64,000 nucleotides of DNA from a virus (taxonomy: Duplodnaviria > Caudoviricetes): positions 17,840 through 81,839 of the IMG/VR virus record IMGVR_UViG_2740891848_000001. One strand, written 5' to 3'. The notes beneath the pieces are model-generated. The model ran no database searches and was not told the DNA's origin. It was given only the letters and a program-made list of their open reading frames with translations. The position numbers and the translations under genes were made by a program. Positions 1 through 10,145 of this stretch are shown piece after piece (the first letter of the stretch is position 1; the number at the start of each line of letters is the position of its first letter).

Positions 1-174
1 GTAGCCGGGGTAGATCTTGCGACGGCGGTCTTTCGAACCGTGGCCGTCCCATACCCAGATGATGGTGTCGAACATGGGAAGCATGTTCATCTCATAGAGA
101 ACGTCGCGGATCGTGCCGTTCGTCTCGAATTTGACGCGGAACTGATTGTTCCCGTCGATCAGGTGAAGTGACAT
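1..174 (-). CDS. 5'-3' exonuclease (T5 FEN/PolA N-terminal type), runs off the window edge
   Basis: Manual translation from the ATG at 174: MSLHLIDGNNQF...IIWVWDGHGSKDRRRKIYPGY. This carries the hLIDG and wDG..s..R..iyp.Y motifs of 5'-3' exonucleases. Not in the ORF track. Confidence 0.75.
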   Translation of the reverse strand, partial: MSLHLIDGNNQFRVKFETNGTIRDVLYEMNMLPMFDTIIWVWDGHGSKDRRRKIYPGY

Positions 175-245
175 GTGGACCTCGCAGGGACGTAGAAAAA
201 GCCGCGGACTCTCTCGAGTTCGCGGCTTCCGATGACGCTAGGCCG

Positions 246-989
246 CTAAGCCGTCGCGCCTTCTTCCTGCTCCACTTCGACGTATTCGCCGAGCGACGCC
301 CAACACATCACGCCCCAGGCGTTACCCGCCTTGTTCGTCATGCGCTTCGACGTGACCTTCACATGCACTTGCGCGCCGATCAGGCCTTCCTGCATCACCT
401 TCTGGTAGAAGTCCTGCCATTCGCGCCAGTTGGTGGTCGAGGTCGCGTAGCCCACGCGCTGACCAGCCTTCGCCAGCACCGTTCCGTCCGGTGCCTTGAC
501 ATCGTTGATCAGAACCATCGGCACATCGACGGAGCGGTACGGCTTCGCCTTGTTGTCGATGTTCGCAGCCTTGGTGACTGCTTCGTTCCACGAGATGCCC
601 TTGTCCGACTGCACGCCGTCATACGTCGACCAGTATTGCGCCGGGTTCCCGGCTTTGATCGACATCTTCGGCGCGAAACCGATACCTTCGGTCACGTCGA
701 TGTAGGCTTCGAATTCCGTGATCAGCTTGTCGCCAGCCGTACCAATCACGAGACCGTATTCCTTGACCTTCGCCCAGACATCGACGTTCATCGCGCCGGT
801 CATGAGCTGGTCCATCGACAGCTTCTGGCCTGCGCCAGCAACCGGACCTACTGCGGTGGTGCCGGCTGCTGCCGGGACTACTGCGCCGCCTGCTGCTGCA
901 ACGCTCGCGGGGGACGAGGTTGCTGCCGCTGCGATTGCGCCCGCGTTAGCTTGTGCGCGGGCAATTGCTTCTTGAATCGGATCAGCCAT
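246..989 (-). CDS. Putative phage single-stranded DNA-binding/recombination protein
   Basis: Start taken at MADPIQ (989). Ala-rich N-terminus, acidic C-terminal tail (EYVEVEQEEGATA), position between exonuclease and helicase. Function is inferred from context. Confidence 0.4.
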   Translation of the reverse strand: MADPIQEAIARAQANAGAIAAAATSSPASVAAAGGAVVPAAAGTTAVGPVAGAGQKLSMDQLMTGAMNVDVWAKVKEYGLVIGTAGDKLITEFEAYIDVTEGIGFAPKMSIKAGNPAQYWSTYDGVQSDKGISWNEAVTKAANIDNKAKPYRSVDVPMVLINDVKAPDGTVLAKAGQRVGYATSTTNWREWQDFYQKVMQEGLIGAQVHVKVTSKRMTNKAGNAWGVMCWASLGEYVEVEQEEGATA

Positions 990-1206
990 TGTAAAAGCTC
1001 CAGTTTCATTAGCCAGGTTTCTGTTTCGTACTGCCCTCGCTGCTAAGGTGGTGGACTCAGCGGCGAGTTCGAAGATCATACGTTCGACCTTCTAACTATT
1101 CAATCGCATCTATATGCTAGTTGCGACTGATAGATCCGCTTATGTGTAGCTACGCACATTCGTTTGTTGACGCTTCCAGAACAGCACTTGCAAGTAACCG
1201 CTATTC

Positions 1207-2649
1207 CTAAGCTAAGTCGGTCATAGAGATCTTGCGAGCGTAGGCCTTGCTCTTATCGAACATTTCTTTCTGGTCCTGCCTGCGCTGCTCCGAGAGTCTG
1301 AAGATCTCTTTGGTCGGGTCAACCTTGTTTGCTTCTGTCGACTTCTGCTCGATGATCTGCATGATTCGCTGGTCGATCGAGTCGCGGTACTCCAGCACGT
1401 AGATCAAAAGTGCCGTCTCGCGCTTGCCGCGAATACCACGGCGATACGCCTGCACGAATGAATCGTCCATGTAGTTAAGAGAGCAGAAGACCATCACCTT
1501 TAGATGGTTCCAGTTGAAGCCGACGCCTGCGGTGTCCGCAGATGCAACCACGCAGTCGAGTAAGCCAGCTCGGAACGCATGGTCGATTGCTGCACGACGC
1601 GATGACGACACCGTGCCGTTGATCAGTCCCGTGCGCAGGCCCATTGACTTGGCCAATTCAACAATGCGTTCCTGCTCCGGAATCAGACACGCAAAGATCG
1701 CGATAGGCTCACCCGACTGCACGGCGTCGGCCAAGTGGATCTTCAGCCGCTCGTCCTTGCCCGTAGACTCGCCCTTCGCTATTCCGAAGGTCTCAGGATG
1801 CGACATGATCTGACGACAGCGCATGGCATTGACTGCTGGCGTCGCGCCCTCCAGAAACTCGTCTTCCAGCTCGACGAGCGCTTCCTCTTCCATCTCCTCA
1901 TAGGCCGTCCGCTGCTTCGGCGACATGTCGCACAGTTCGGTGACGATCACCTTGGCCTCGGGACCATGAACTTCCGTGAAGGTGTGGCGCACCGCGATGC
2001 GAGCGAGCACCGCAGACAACTTCTCGTGGTTCGTCCAGCCGACCGTTTCGCCGTTCGCGCCTTGGAGGCGGTGGTAGCCGAGGAAGCCACCGAATGAGCC
2101 ATAGAAGCGCGGCTCGATGACTTCGATCGTGGCGTACGCGCTTCCCAGGTTGCCTTTGATGATCGTGCCGGTCATGCCGAGGTAATACGCGATCTGCCGC
2201 ATGGACATAATCCAGTTGGTGGTGCGCTTCGCGTTGTAGCCCGCGTAGCCCAAGTGCAGCTCATCGACGACAACAGCGTTCAACTCAGGCTGGTAGCTCC
2301 TCACGGCCTGCCAGTTATCCGACCACTGTTGGAAACCCATGATGAAGACCTTGGCTTCGCGGTTCTGCATCTGTCGCTCACGCCGCTTGCGATCACCGTC
2401 CACGATCTGGACATCCTTGCTGTTGAAGCGAGTGAACTCCAGAATCTCGTCCCGGTTCTTGCGCAGCAGCGACATCGGCATGACAAACGCCGTCTTCACG
2501 CCACAGTTGTGCCAGAGGTAGTCCATGTACACGACCGCGCTGCCAGTCTTCTGGCATGCGGGGTCACTGAGATTCAGGCAGCGCTTCGTTGCGATATAGA
2601 ACGCGAGATCAGCAATCTGGTGTTCGCGTAGTGCTTTCTTCTCAACCAT
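1207..2649 (-). CDS. SNF2-like superfamily 2 helicase
   Basis: Motif II VVVDELH, motif III GMTGTII, C-terminal helicase motifs (AGVGFN, QAYRRGIRG). Motif I is atypical (DPACQKT). Confidence 0.8.
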   Translation of the reverse strand: MVEKKALREHQIADLAFYIATKRCLNLSDPACQKTGSAVVYMDYLWHNCGVKTAFVMPMSLLRKNRDEILEFTRFNSKDVQIVDGDRKRRERQMQNREAKVFIMGFQQWSDNWQAVRSYQPELNAVVVDELHLGYAGYNAKRTTNWIMSMRQIAYYLGMTGTIIKGNLGSAYATIEVIEPRFYGSFGGFLGYHRLQGANGETVGWTNHEKLSAVLARIAVRHTFTEVHGPEAKVIVTELCDMSPKQRTAYEEMEEEALVELEDEFLEGATPAVNAMRCRQIMSHPETFGIAKGESTGKDERLKIHLADAVQSGEPIAIFACLIPEQERIVELAKSMGLRTGLINGTVSSSRRAAIDHAFRAGLLDCVVASADTAGVGFNWNHLKVMVFCSLNYMDDSFVQAYRRGIRGKRETALLIYVLEYRDSIDQRIMQIIEQKSTEANKVDPTKEIFRLSEQRRQDQKEMFDKSKAYARKISMTDLA

Positions 2650-3034
2650 CCTTGGTCTCCAGCTGGACCGAGGATGCCTCGTGATCGGGCCACTGGCTGT
2701 TGATCACCTCCATGTCACCGGTGCCTGCGGTCGACACGTCCGACCACTGCACTTCGATTCGCATGTCGTGCTCGACTCCGTATTCTGTGCCGTATTCGTA
2801 GAAGCACATCCGGCCAGCCATTGCGACGATGAAGAACTCGTCTTCTTCAGTGTCCTTCTCAGGCCATTTGGCATTGACCAACTCCTTCGCCTCGTCGCAC
2901 ATCTGGCCGAACTTGCCCTCTTCTTCGCTGGCTGGATACTGAAGGGCCGCAGTCTGGCAGTTGTCCTGCAACAGCTCCCAGTTCTTGCCCCAGCGGTGAA
3001 GCACCGCGTGATAGATAAATGCAAGAGTCCTCAT
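2642..3034 (-). CDS. Hypothetical phage protein
   Basis: 130-aa ORF overlapping both neighbours in the operon. Confidence 0.55.
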   Translation of the reverse strand: MRTLAFIYHAVLHRWGKNWELLQDNCQTAALQYPASEEEGKFGQMCDEAKELVNAKWPEKDTEEDEFFIVAMAGRMCFYEYGTEYGVEHDMRIEVQWSDVSTAGTGDMEVINSQWPDHEASSVQLETKDG

Positions 3035-3387
3035 GTCAGCAATCCTTTGACGTTGGTGAAGTAGCTAGCCATCTGATGCAACAAGCGCATTTGTTCCGCC
3101 GACAGGTGACGCTTCGTCAGCTCATGGCCGAGCTGGTAGATCGCTTTCAGCATGTAGTCGTTTGTGTAGTGCGGGCCGAAGCTGTACAGACGCACGTTCA
3201 CACCAACGCGGTAGTAGGCCGGAACGTTGTTGTTCCAGATCATCTTCAGTGTGTTGAACAGATGCCGCGTTACCATCTTCGTAGGCTCATGGTTTTCGCC
3301 GTGCCGGTCGCGCCAGCGGAACGTCAAATCAACCGCCGTTAGCCGCTCGATATGCGTGCGGACAGTAAGTGAAGTTTCGTTGCTCAT
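3031..3387 (-). CDS. Hypothetical phage protein
   Basis: 118-aa ORF with 4-nt start/stop overlaps on both sides. Confidence 0.6.
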   Translation of the reverse strand: MSNETSLTVRTHIERLTAVDLTFRWRDRHGENHEPTKMVTRHLFNTLKMIWNNNVPAYYRVGVNVRLYSFGPHYTNDYMLKAIYQLGHELTKRHLSAEQMRLLHQMASYFTNVKGLLT

Positions 3388-3686
3388 GGTTTTAACTCCC
3401 TACCGAGATGCACTTCCGCGCGGTGGAAGATGATTACGCGCGATGAAAGGTGTGCCATGTCGCGACGCTCGCCGGTCGCGATGTTGACGAGGAACAGATG
3501 CCGTTGCTCGTCGTACAGCCCGTGGCTCATACCGGGGCGCGCGGCTCGCTTATCGGCGTCAGGCAAGACGCAAACCAGATAGCTCGCGCCCTCGCTGAGC
3601 ATGTTGCAATCCACGAGTTGCACAACGTCGCCGGGATTCGCGTGGCACAGTTTGGTGAAATCGCGCTCTTCAGTGAGGACTCTCAT
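3384..3686 (-). CDS. Hypothetical phage protein
   Basis: Start at MRVLTEE (3686), with 4-nt overlaps on both sides. Confidence 0.55.
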   Translation of the reverse strand: MRVLTEERDFTKLCHANPGDVVQLVDCNMLSEGASYLVCVLPDADKRAARPGMSHGLYDEQRHLFLVNIATGERRDMAHLSSRVIIFHRAEVHLGRELKP

Positions 3687-4402
3687 GCTGCTTTCCCCCG
3701 CGCCACTGGCAAATCCGACAGTGGATCTTCGCGCCGCGCGTGCCGCTTCAGCACGGTCATGCCGAGCGCTTCCAGCGGCAGGCATACGATGTGCCCTTCC
3801 TCGCCCGCCAGGAGCGCTGTTTTCAGGCGCGCGGCGGGCTTGCTGACAATGAGGTCCGCCGTACCCGTCACGATTACGCGGCGGGCGCTGTAGCGGCTCT
3901 GCTCGATCACAGAGTCAATCAGCTTCTGGTGCTTCGGCGTGGCCCCAGTGAGGACCAGCGGTTGGACGTTCGTGCGGTCCAACTCGGCCGACAGCTCTGA
4001 CTGGTTGAAGTACCAGATGCGGCGCACGACCGGAGTGAGTGGGCTGCTCATGCGCGAGAGAGTCAGCAGCGTCAGGTTCAGCTCGTCGTTCGTGTCCTCC
4101 ATCACGTACACACCGGCCTCGTGCTCCAGCTTCGGGATCGGCAGCATGGCTTGCACGAGCGGGTCACGGGCGAGCGCCTGAAACTGCTTCCAGTGGATGA
4201 CATCCGGCACCGGGGCGCCAGTCGGGAATAGGTGGTTGCACATCATCCGTTTCGACGGAATGACCAGGAACGGCGACGGCGCGCGCATCGACAGGAAGTT
4301 CTGCGCGCCGCGCGCCTGATGCAAATAGGCGATGCCTTCCGGGGTCCAATGCAGCCCGTACATCGCCACTTCGATTTTGTTGTTCTGTACTTCGGTGTTC
4401 AT
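3683..4402 (-). CDS. Hypothetical phage protein
   Basis: 239-aa ORF with 4-nt overlaps on both sides. Confidence 0.6.
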   Translation of the reverse strand: MNTEVQNNKIEVAMYGLHWTPEGIAYLHQARGAQNFLSMRAPSPFLVIPSKRMMCNHLFPTGAPVPDVIHWKQFQALARDPLVQAMLPIPKLEHEAGVYVMEDTNDELNLTLLTLSRMSSPLTPVVRRIWYFNQSELSAELDRTNVQPLVLTGATPKHQKLIDSVIEQSRYSARRVIVTGTADLIVSKPAARLKTALLAGEEGHIVCLPLEALGMTVLKRHARREDPLSDLPVARGKAA

Positions 4403-4800
4403 AGCTTGACCAGTTCGTTGATCGGCTTCTTCGTGTACGTGGCGAGATCCATGAGGTCCGTGAGCGTCACGTCATGTCGACCATGTTCGACAGCTATCAC
4501 CTTGTGCGCGGTCCAGCCCAGACGATCCGCGGCTTCGCGGCGGGTCTGCTTGAGTTCGAGGGCGCGGAAGGTGGCCAGGGTTTCGCCGAGCTTTTCATGC
4601 ACGCGCGAGAGTGACTTGCGCAGGCGCTTCGGCTGATCGGGGGTCTCTTGCTTCTTGCGGCTTCCCGCCTTCACACCTTTCGCGCGCACGATCGCCCTGA
4701 TCGAAGGAACCGACAGGGCGAAGTCGCGAGCAAGTTGTGAAGCGGGAGTGCCAGACGCGTAGAGATCCGCGATCTGTTGATCGCGTTCCTCCTTGCACAT
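4399..4800 (-). CDS. Transcriptional regulator with two HTH motifs (C-terminal XRE-like)
   Basis: N-terminal ASQLARDFALSVPSIRAIV helix-turn-helix and C-terminal XRE pattern TRREAADRLGWTAHKVIAVEHGRHDVTLTDL. Confidence 0.7.
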   Translation of the reverse strand: MCKEERDQQIADLYASGTPASQLARDFALSVPSIRAIVRAKGVKAGSRKKQETPDQPKRLRKSLSRVHEKLGETLATFRALELKQTRREAADRLGWTAHKVIAVEHGRHDVTLTDLMDLATYTKKPINELVKL

Positions 4801-4807
4801 GGGAGGC

Positions 4808-5035
4808 TCAGACTTTCTGGAACGGGAACGTCTGGGGGTTCTTCTTGATCAGACGGCTGAAGGTGCTGCCGAACGATTCCGAAGAAGTCAGCTGGTCGAG
4901 GGTGGCCTGATCGACGTTGCTGTACTGGTACTCGTCGCCGTTCTTAACGAAGACGATGTTCAGTTTCTGCTTTGCCGAGTCGTAGGCGAATGCGGAGATC
5001 TGTGACGAAGTCACAGATGTGTAGCCAGGTTTCAT
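4808..5035 (-). CDS. KTSC domain protein
   Basis: VTSSQISAFAYDSAKQKLNIVF..G..YQYSNV...LTSSESFGSTF matches the KTSC pattern. Confidence 0.8.
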   Translation of the reverse strand: MKPGYTSVTSSQISAFAYDSAKQKLNIVFVKNGDEYQYSNVDQATLDQLTSSESFGSTFSRLIKKNPQTFPFQKV

Positions 5036-5111
5036 GTTTCGATCCATTAGATGAAGTGAAGAACAACATGGCCGGCGGTGGTGGGCGCCGGCCATGCTGC
5101 TTGATGCGGTA

Positions 5112-5333
5112 CTACGTGGTCCTGCCGTGTGCTGCTTTCCAGACAATCCAGAAACCGTGGACCGTCGCGTTCAGATAGCCATCGTCTTTCGGATCACGCT
5201 CAAGACTGTAGCCTTCGAGAATTTCCAGCTTCTCGAACACGTCTCGGCGCAGCCATCCATAGCGGCGCTTTTCGTACTTCTTGCGAATCGGGACGGGGAA
5301 CGGGCTGGCGCGCTGTTGCTGCGCCGCGGTCAT
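5112..5333 (-). CDS. Hypothetical phage protein
   Basis: 73-aa ORF with a 4-nt overlap with the upstream gene. Confidence 0.5.
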   Translation of the reverse strand: MTAAQQQRASPFPVPIRKKYEKRRYGWLRRDVFEKLEILEGYSLERDPKDDGYLNATVHGFWIVWKAAHGRTT

Positions 5334-5614
5334 GACTTCACCTTCGTGCGACGCAGGCGATCACGTAGACCTTTGAGCCGGTTGCGCTGCTCCTTGGTCA
5401 ACGCGTTGGAATCAAGCAGGTTCTTCGCCGCCCGGTTCCACGTCTCGCGCGTGATGGCTGAGGGGTTCTCGTCGTGCGCGTCCTCAATGGCGAACACTTC
5501 CTTGTTGGTCAGCAGGCTCGTGCCTGCAATCATCAGCGCCTCGACCGCCTTGCTAGGGTCAATGCGCCGTGCAGCCGGGGCTGCTGTGGTGGTGGCTTGT
5601 TTGTCGTCCATCAT
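5330..5614 (-). CDS. Hypothetical phage protein
   Basis: 94-aa ORF with ATGA overlaps on both sides. Confidence 0.55.
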   Translation of the reverse strand: MMDDKQATTTAAPAARRIDPSKAVEALMIAGTSLLTNKEVFAIEDAHDENPSAITRETWNRAAKNLLDSNALTKEQRNRLKGLRDRLRRTKVKS

Positions 5615-5804
5615 TCGCTATTGAATATGCCGACGATGGCTGGATCGTCGGTCCACTGCCCGAACCAATGGCCAGGGTCCAGGCGGGAATTGATGATGTT
5701 CTGCTGTTTACGCCGACCGAAAATTGAGCCATTTGTAGGGGTCGCGCCGACTGAAAACTGAGCCGGGTAATCAACCTATCCTGCTAGTTTTTCAGGCAGG
5801 GTGT

Positions 5805-7343
5805 TTGGGGATGATCCCGATGACGATGATTGGCAAAGTGCGGCGGATGTTCCACCGCCAGAACAAATCGGTACGCGAGATAGCGCGTCTCACAAGCCTG
5901 TCGCGCAACACGATTAGCAAATACCTGAGCATGGAGATTCAGGAAGAACCGAAGTATCAGCGGCGCTCGCAGTCGACCCGGCTGACACCGTTTCACGAGG
6001 CGCTGGTGCAGGCGCTCAGCGTGGACGCAAGGCGGCCGAAGAAAGAGCGGCGCACCGCCTGGATGCTGTTCCAGGAGGTCAAGGCGAACGGCTACGATGG
6101 CTGCTATTCGCGGGTGACCGATTTCATCCGGAGCTGGCGGCAAGGCGAAGGCCAAGCGGTTTCGAAGTCGGCGTTTGTGCCGCTGCAATTCGAGCTGGGC
6201 GAAGCGTTCCAGTTTGATTGGTCCGAGGAAGGACTGGTTGTCGGCGGCATTTACCGCAAGCTGCAGGTGTCGCACATGAAGCTGTGCGCGTCGCGGGCAT
6301 TCTGGCTCGTGGCCTACCCAAGCCAGGGTCACGAGATGCTGTTCGACGCCCATACGCGCTCGTTCACGGCCTTCGGCGGGGTGGCCCGTCGTGGCATCTA
6401 CGACAACATGAAGACGGCGGTCGACAAGGTTCACAAAGGCAAGGGCCGCACAGTCAATCCGCGTTTCGCAGTGATGTGTTCGCATTACCTGTTCGATCCG
6501 GACTTCTGCAATGTCGCCAGTGGCTGGGAGAAAGGGGTCGTCGAGAAGAATGTGCAGGACAGCCGCCGGCGTATCTGGATCGAAGCGCGCGAGCAGCGAT
6601 TCGGCAGTTTCGCCGATCTGAATGCATGGCTGGCGAGCCGGTGCCGGTCGTTGTGGGAGCAGGTGAAGCACCCGGACTATCGGGACCTGAGCGTTGCCGA
6701 CGTGTTCGAGCAGGAGCGCGCGCATCTGATGCCGATGCCAACACCGTTTGACGGTTACGTTGAACGCGCGGCCCGGGTGTCGTCTACCTGCCTTGTGGTG
6801 ATCGGGCGCAACCGCTACTCGGTACCCTGCGAATTTGCAGGCCAGATGCTCAGCACGCGGCTCTATCCGGGTCGCGTCGTGGTGGTGGGCGATGACGCGG
6901 TGGTGGCCGAACATGACCGTCTGGCCGACGAAGGTCTGGTGCGCTACGACTGGCAGCATTACATCCCGCTGATCCAGCGCAAGCCCGGCGCCCTGCGCAA
7001 TGGCGCGCCGTTCCTGGATATGCCCGAGCCGCTGCAGCGCCTGCGTCGGGCGTTACTACGCGAGCCAGGTGGTGACCGGGTAATGGCTAAGGTTCTGGCG
7101 CTGGTACCCGAAAGCGGTCTGGATGCCATAGTGATTGCAGTCGAACTTGCATTGGAGCAGGCGCCGCCCTCCGGGCGCGTGAGCATCGAGCATGTGGTGA
7201 ATGTGCTGTCGCGCATGCGCAGCGTGGAGATGCCGCCGAAGATCGATACGGCGCTACAGTTGACGACACCGCCGCTTGCCGACACATCGCGATACGACGG
7301 GCTGCGCCCAGTGCTCCAACAGCCGGAGGCCGGTCATGCTTGA
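5805..7343 (+). CDS. istA: IS21 transposase
   Basis: N-terminal [24 protein letters not shown] (DDE) and RYSVP motifs. Confidence 0.95.
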   Translation: MGMIPMTMIGKVRRMFHRQNKSVREIARLTSLSRNTISKYLSMEIQEEPKYQRRSQSTRLTPFHEALVQALSVDARRPKKERRTAWMLFQEVKANGYDGCYSRVTDFIRSWRQGEGQAVSKSAFVPLQFELGEAFQFDWSEEGLVVGGIYRKLQVSHMKLCASRAFWLVAYPSQGHEMLFDAHTRSFTAFGGVARRGIYDNMKTAVDKVHKGKGRTVNPRFAVMCSHYLFDPDFCNVASGWEKGVVEKNVQDSRRRIWIEAREQRFGSFADLNAWLASRCRSLWEQVKHPDYRDLSVADVFEQERAHLMPMPTPFDGYVERAARVSSTCLVVIGRNRYSVPCEFAGQMLSTRLYPGRVVVVGDDAVVAEHDRLADEGLVRYDWQHYIPLIQRKPGALRNGAPFLDMPEPLQRLRRALLREPGGDRVMAKVLALVPESGLDAIVIAVELALEQAPPSGRVSIEHVVNVLSRMRSVEMPPKIDTALQLTTPPLADTSRYDGLRPVLQQPEAGHA

Positions 7344-8136
7344 CCTAATCGTCGAACTCAAGCAGTTGCGGCTGCATGGCATGGCTGCCGGTTGGGCCGA
7401 ACTACTCGAACAGGGTAACGTCGAGGTGGCGTCTTCGCAGTGGTTGCTTGAACGGCTACTGCAGGCCGAGAGTACTGATCGTGCCGTGCGTTCGGTCAGC
7501 CACCAGATGAACGCGGCGAAGTTCCCGGTGCATCGCGATCTGGCCGGCTTCGAGTTCGACGGTTCGCCGGTCGATCGCCAGCTCGTCATGCAACTAGCCG
7601 GCATGACGTTCACCGAGAGTGCACACAACCTGGTTCTGGTCGGCGGCCCCGGCTCGGGCAAAACGCATCTGGCGACCGCCATTGGCGTATCGGGGATCAT
7701 GCACCACGGCAAGCGAGTGCGCTTCTACTCGACCGTGGATCTGGCCAACGCGCTGGAGCAGGAGAAGGCGCAGGGTCGCGCCGGGCGGATCGCGGCGAGC
7801 CTGCTGCGTCTTGACCTGGTCATTCTGGACGAACTTGGGTATCTGCCCTTCAGCCAGGCCGGCGGGGCACTGCTGTTCCATCTGTTGAGCCGCCTGTACG
7901 AGCACACGAGCGTTGCGGTCACGACGAATCTGGACTTCGCCGAATGGTCGAGCGTGTTCGGCGACGCGAAGATGACCACAGCGTTGTTGGACCGGCTAAC
8001 GCACCACTGCCACATCGTGGAGACCGGCAACGAGAGTCACCGTTTCCGGCATAGCAGCGCCAGTGCAAAGAAGCGCATCCGGTCGCGTGAAGCGGCGCGA
8101 AAAGCCGACGCCGCAAGTGCTTCTGAGCTCGAATGA
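7336..8136 (+). CDS. istB: IS21 helper ATPase
   Basis: Walker [12 protein letters not shown], Walker [18 protein letters not shown]. Start overlaps the istA stop. Confidence 0.95.
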   Translation: MLDLIVELKQLRLHGMAAGWAELLEQGNVEVASSQWLLERLLQAESTDRAVRSVSHQMNAAKFPVHRDLAGFEFDGSPVDRQLVMQLAGMTFTESAHNLVLVGGPGSGKTHLATAIGVSGIMHHGKRVRFYSTVDLANALEQEKAQGRAGRIAASLLRLDLVILDELGYLPFSQAGGALLFHLLSRLYEHTSVAVTTNLDFAEWSSVFGDAKMTTALLDRLTHHCHIVETGNESHRFRHSSASAKKRIRSREAARKADAASASELE

Positions 8137-8415
8137 TCGGCGCTCGCCGCGCCGGGGAATCTGCTACGGGCTACGCCCTTCACAGCTTCCCCGGCGCAAC
8201 CCATCCTCATACGCAGGAGGACAAACAACTCGAAAACCCATAGACTTATCCACAACCGGTCCTGCTTTAGACCGGTCTCCACCCTGGCTCAGAATTCAAT
8301 CGGCGCGGTGGCTCAAAATTCGCTCGGCGCGGACAGGCCTGCACCATTGCGGCGGCGACAAGCGCCGTACGGATCACTTCGGGGTCACGCAACAACATTC
8401 AGTGTCTCCAAAAGA

Positions 8416-8437
8416 AAAGCCGCCTTGCGGCGGCTTT
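8416..8437 (-). terminator. Rho-independent terminator
   Basis: AAAGCCGCC-ttgc-GGCGGCTTT hairpin with a T-run on the minus strand, downstream of the lipoprotein gene. Confidence 0.7.
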
Positions 8438-8454
8438 GTCGGATGTGAGGATCT

Positions 8455-8865
8455 TCACTCTACAGCTGGCTGTAGGTGGATCGCGTCGTCCATTGAAATT
8501 CGGTAGAGCTTCACGCGCGCCGGGATTCGCACAGTGACAGTCGAGTCTGCGCCGCCGAGCGCGCGCAGAGAGTTCATGCCTGCCGTTACGATGTGCTCGC
8601 CTTCGGGGAGGTACATCGTCAAGGCCTGCCGTTGTTCGATAGTGGCCACCTTTTCGCCGTCAACCCAGACGGCAAGCGTTGCACCACCCTTCCCGAAGCC
8701 TGCGTCCCGAACGACCATGAGGCTTTGCGCCCCCTCGTGCGGCTGGGTGAGGTTCTTCGAGAGAATCTGTTCTTGTGGAACGGGCGTTGTCTGGCTAAGC
8801 GGTACGACAGAGGTGGTACAGCCCGCGAGCGCGAGCAAAGAAGCGAGAAGGATAGTTCTTGTCAT
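8455..8865 (-). CDS. Lipoprotein
   Basis: MTRTILLASLLALAGC lipobox followed by a small beta-rich domain. Confidence 0.75.
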   Translation of the reverse strand: MTRTILLASLLALAGCTTSVVPLSQTTPVPQEQILSKNLTQPHEGAQSLMVVRDAGFGKGGATLAVWVDGEKVATIEQRQALTMYLPEGEHIVTAGMNSLRALGGADSTVTVRIPARVKLYRISMDDAIHLQPAVE

Positions 8866-8914
8866 AGTGGCCTCCGGCAAAAGAGGCCACATCTTACGAC
8901 ATCCTGTTAGCAGC

Positions 8915-9496
8915 TTACTGATAGAAGAAGATGTGCCCGTTCTCTTCCTGGAAGCCGTTGTGGCGCAGATCCCCGCTCCAGTAGTGTTCCCAGTCGATGT
9001 AGGAGAACATCGGGTGATCCTCTTTGATCATGCCCACGTCGACCGCCCAGTCTTCGGCGAAGTCTTTTGTGCTGTCCCATTTACCACGGTAGGCATCGCG
9101 GAACTGGGCGACCGTCACATCCGTCAGATCGCTGCCAGTCACCTGATTGACGAAAATCATAAAGGCTTCGATCTCGTCGTCGCTGCTCAACTCACTGAGC
9201 TGCTCCTCGATCGACGCTATCTCGGACATAGATGTGTATTCGCCGATCAGGCCGCTCGGGTAGCCTTCGTGATCGTGGATCGCGAACTCCTCTGAGCTGG
9301 GGACCATCGTGCCGGAGTCCTCCGGCCATTCAACTTCGACGTTCGGGAATCTACTGGTGATCAGAACCTTCTCGCGGATCTCGTTCATGAGTTCTTCTTC
9401 GTCCATGTCTTCGGTGTCGATCCAGGCACCGTGGAGCACGCCGTTGTTGTACGAAGCGAGACAGGCCACATAAATTCGACGGGTGGTAATAGTCAT
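8915..9496 (-). CDS. ardA: ArdA-family antirestriction protein
   Basis: RIYVACLASYNNGVLHGAWID and EEFAIHDHEG motifs; very acidic (DNA mimic). Confidence 0.88.
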   Translation of the reverse strand: MTITTRRIYVACLASYNNGVLHGAWIDTEDMDEEELMNEIREKVLITSRFPNVEVEWPEDSGTMVPSSEEFAIHDHEGYPSGLIGEYTSMSEIASIEEQLSELSSDDEIEAFMIFVNQVTGSDLTDVTVAQFRDAYRGKWDSTKDFAEDWAVDVGMIKEDHPMFSYIDWEHYWSGDLRHNGFQEENGHIFFYQ

Positions 9497-9534
9497 GATG
9501 TGGTGGTGATGATTTGTTAAGGACGAACGCATAG

Positions 9535-9603
9535 AGCGCGGGGCCAGCCGCGTTCACTACACGTTTTGAATGGGCGAAAAAACAGCGCGGGGCCAGCCGC
9601 GCT
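9535..9603. repeat. Two 18-bp direct repeats, each a GC hairpin with a GGCCAG/CTGGCC loop
   Basis: AGCGCGGGGCCAGCCGCG at 9535-9552 and 9584-9601, in the ardA leader. Confidence 0.85.
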
Positions 9604-9629
9604 GTGGAATTGGGTGCTGCGGGTGTTGC

Positions 9630-9857
9630 TTAGGCGCGAGCCATGTGCTCGCTTGCTTGGTGCTTCGCTGCCTGTTCATCCGCCGCAACTTGAGCAGCGA
9701 GACGGCGTTCGCGGTTCTTGAGAGCCACGACTCGCGCTTCCCAGTGCTCCTTCGAGGCCTCCGCATCGAGCCGTTCGAGCTGGCACTGCTTCAGTTGCGC
9801 CTTCGCCTCGCTTTGAGGGTTCTTAATAGGAAGAAAACTGGCCAGATAGTTCAGCAT
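9630..9857 (-). CDS. Hypothetical coiled-coil protein
   Basis: Start MLNYL with an AAAGGA RBS. Confidence 0.5.
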   Translation of the reverse strand: MLNYLASFLPIKNPQSEAKAQLKQCQLERLDAEASKEHWEARVVALKNRERRLAAQVAADEQAAKHQASEHMARA

Positions 9858-9929
9858 GATTGATCCTTTCATCTTGTGGTGGTGGTTGGTACTACGGGTG
9901 AAACTGACTTACACAGTGAAGCGTGGGGA

Positions 9930-10145
9930 TTAAAACCCCGCGTTATTGATTGACTTAATCTCGAAGCCGCATTCGCGCATCCAATCGAGCGCGACGTTGG
10001 CCCAGTCGCCGGTCCCCAGCTCCCAGCCGAACAACTCTTCCAGCTTCTCGATGGGCGTCATAGCCAAGATCGCGCGATCCTGGCTCATGTCGGTTTCGTC
10101 GAGGTTGCGTCTTTGACGCAGTGTCTGCAAAAGGTCCAGTCTCAT
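9930..10145 (-). CDS. Hypothetical phage protein
   Basis: 71-aa ORF with an ATGA overlap with the toxin gene. Confidence 0.55.
   Translation of the reverse strand: MRLDLLQTLRQRRNLDETDMSQDRAILAMTPIEKLEELFGWELGTGDWANVALDWMRECGFEIKSINNAGF

Larger units (their letters stand above)
5705..8335 (+). mobile_element. IS21-family insertion sequence
   Basis: istA/istB pair. Left end TGTTTACGCCGACCGAAAATTGAGCCA (5705-5731). Reverse complement of the right end TGTCCGCGCCGAGCGAATTTTGAGCCA (8309-8335). Subterminal repeats at about 5745-5764 and 8285-8308. Confidence 0.92.
5611..8398 (-). pseudogene. Small (about 49-aa) ORF interrupted by the IS21 element
   Basis: 5' part 8398-8336 (MLLRDPEVIRTALVAAAMVQA) has a GGAG RBS. 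3' part 5697-5611 (IINSRLDPGHWFGQWTDDPAIVGIFNSE*) ends in an ATGA overlap with the next gene. The parts join in frame if 7 bp are removed. Confidence 0.55.

Noticed and set aside
9535-9603. CRISPR mini-array
   Set aside because: Only two 18-bp copies, no cas genes, and the same loop recurs singly elsewhere.
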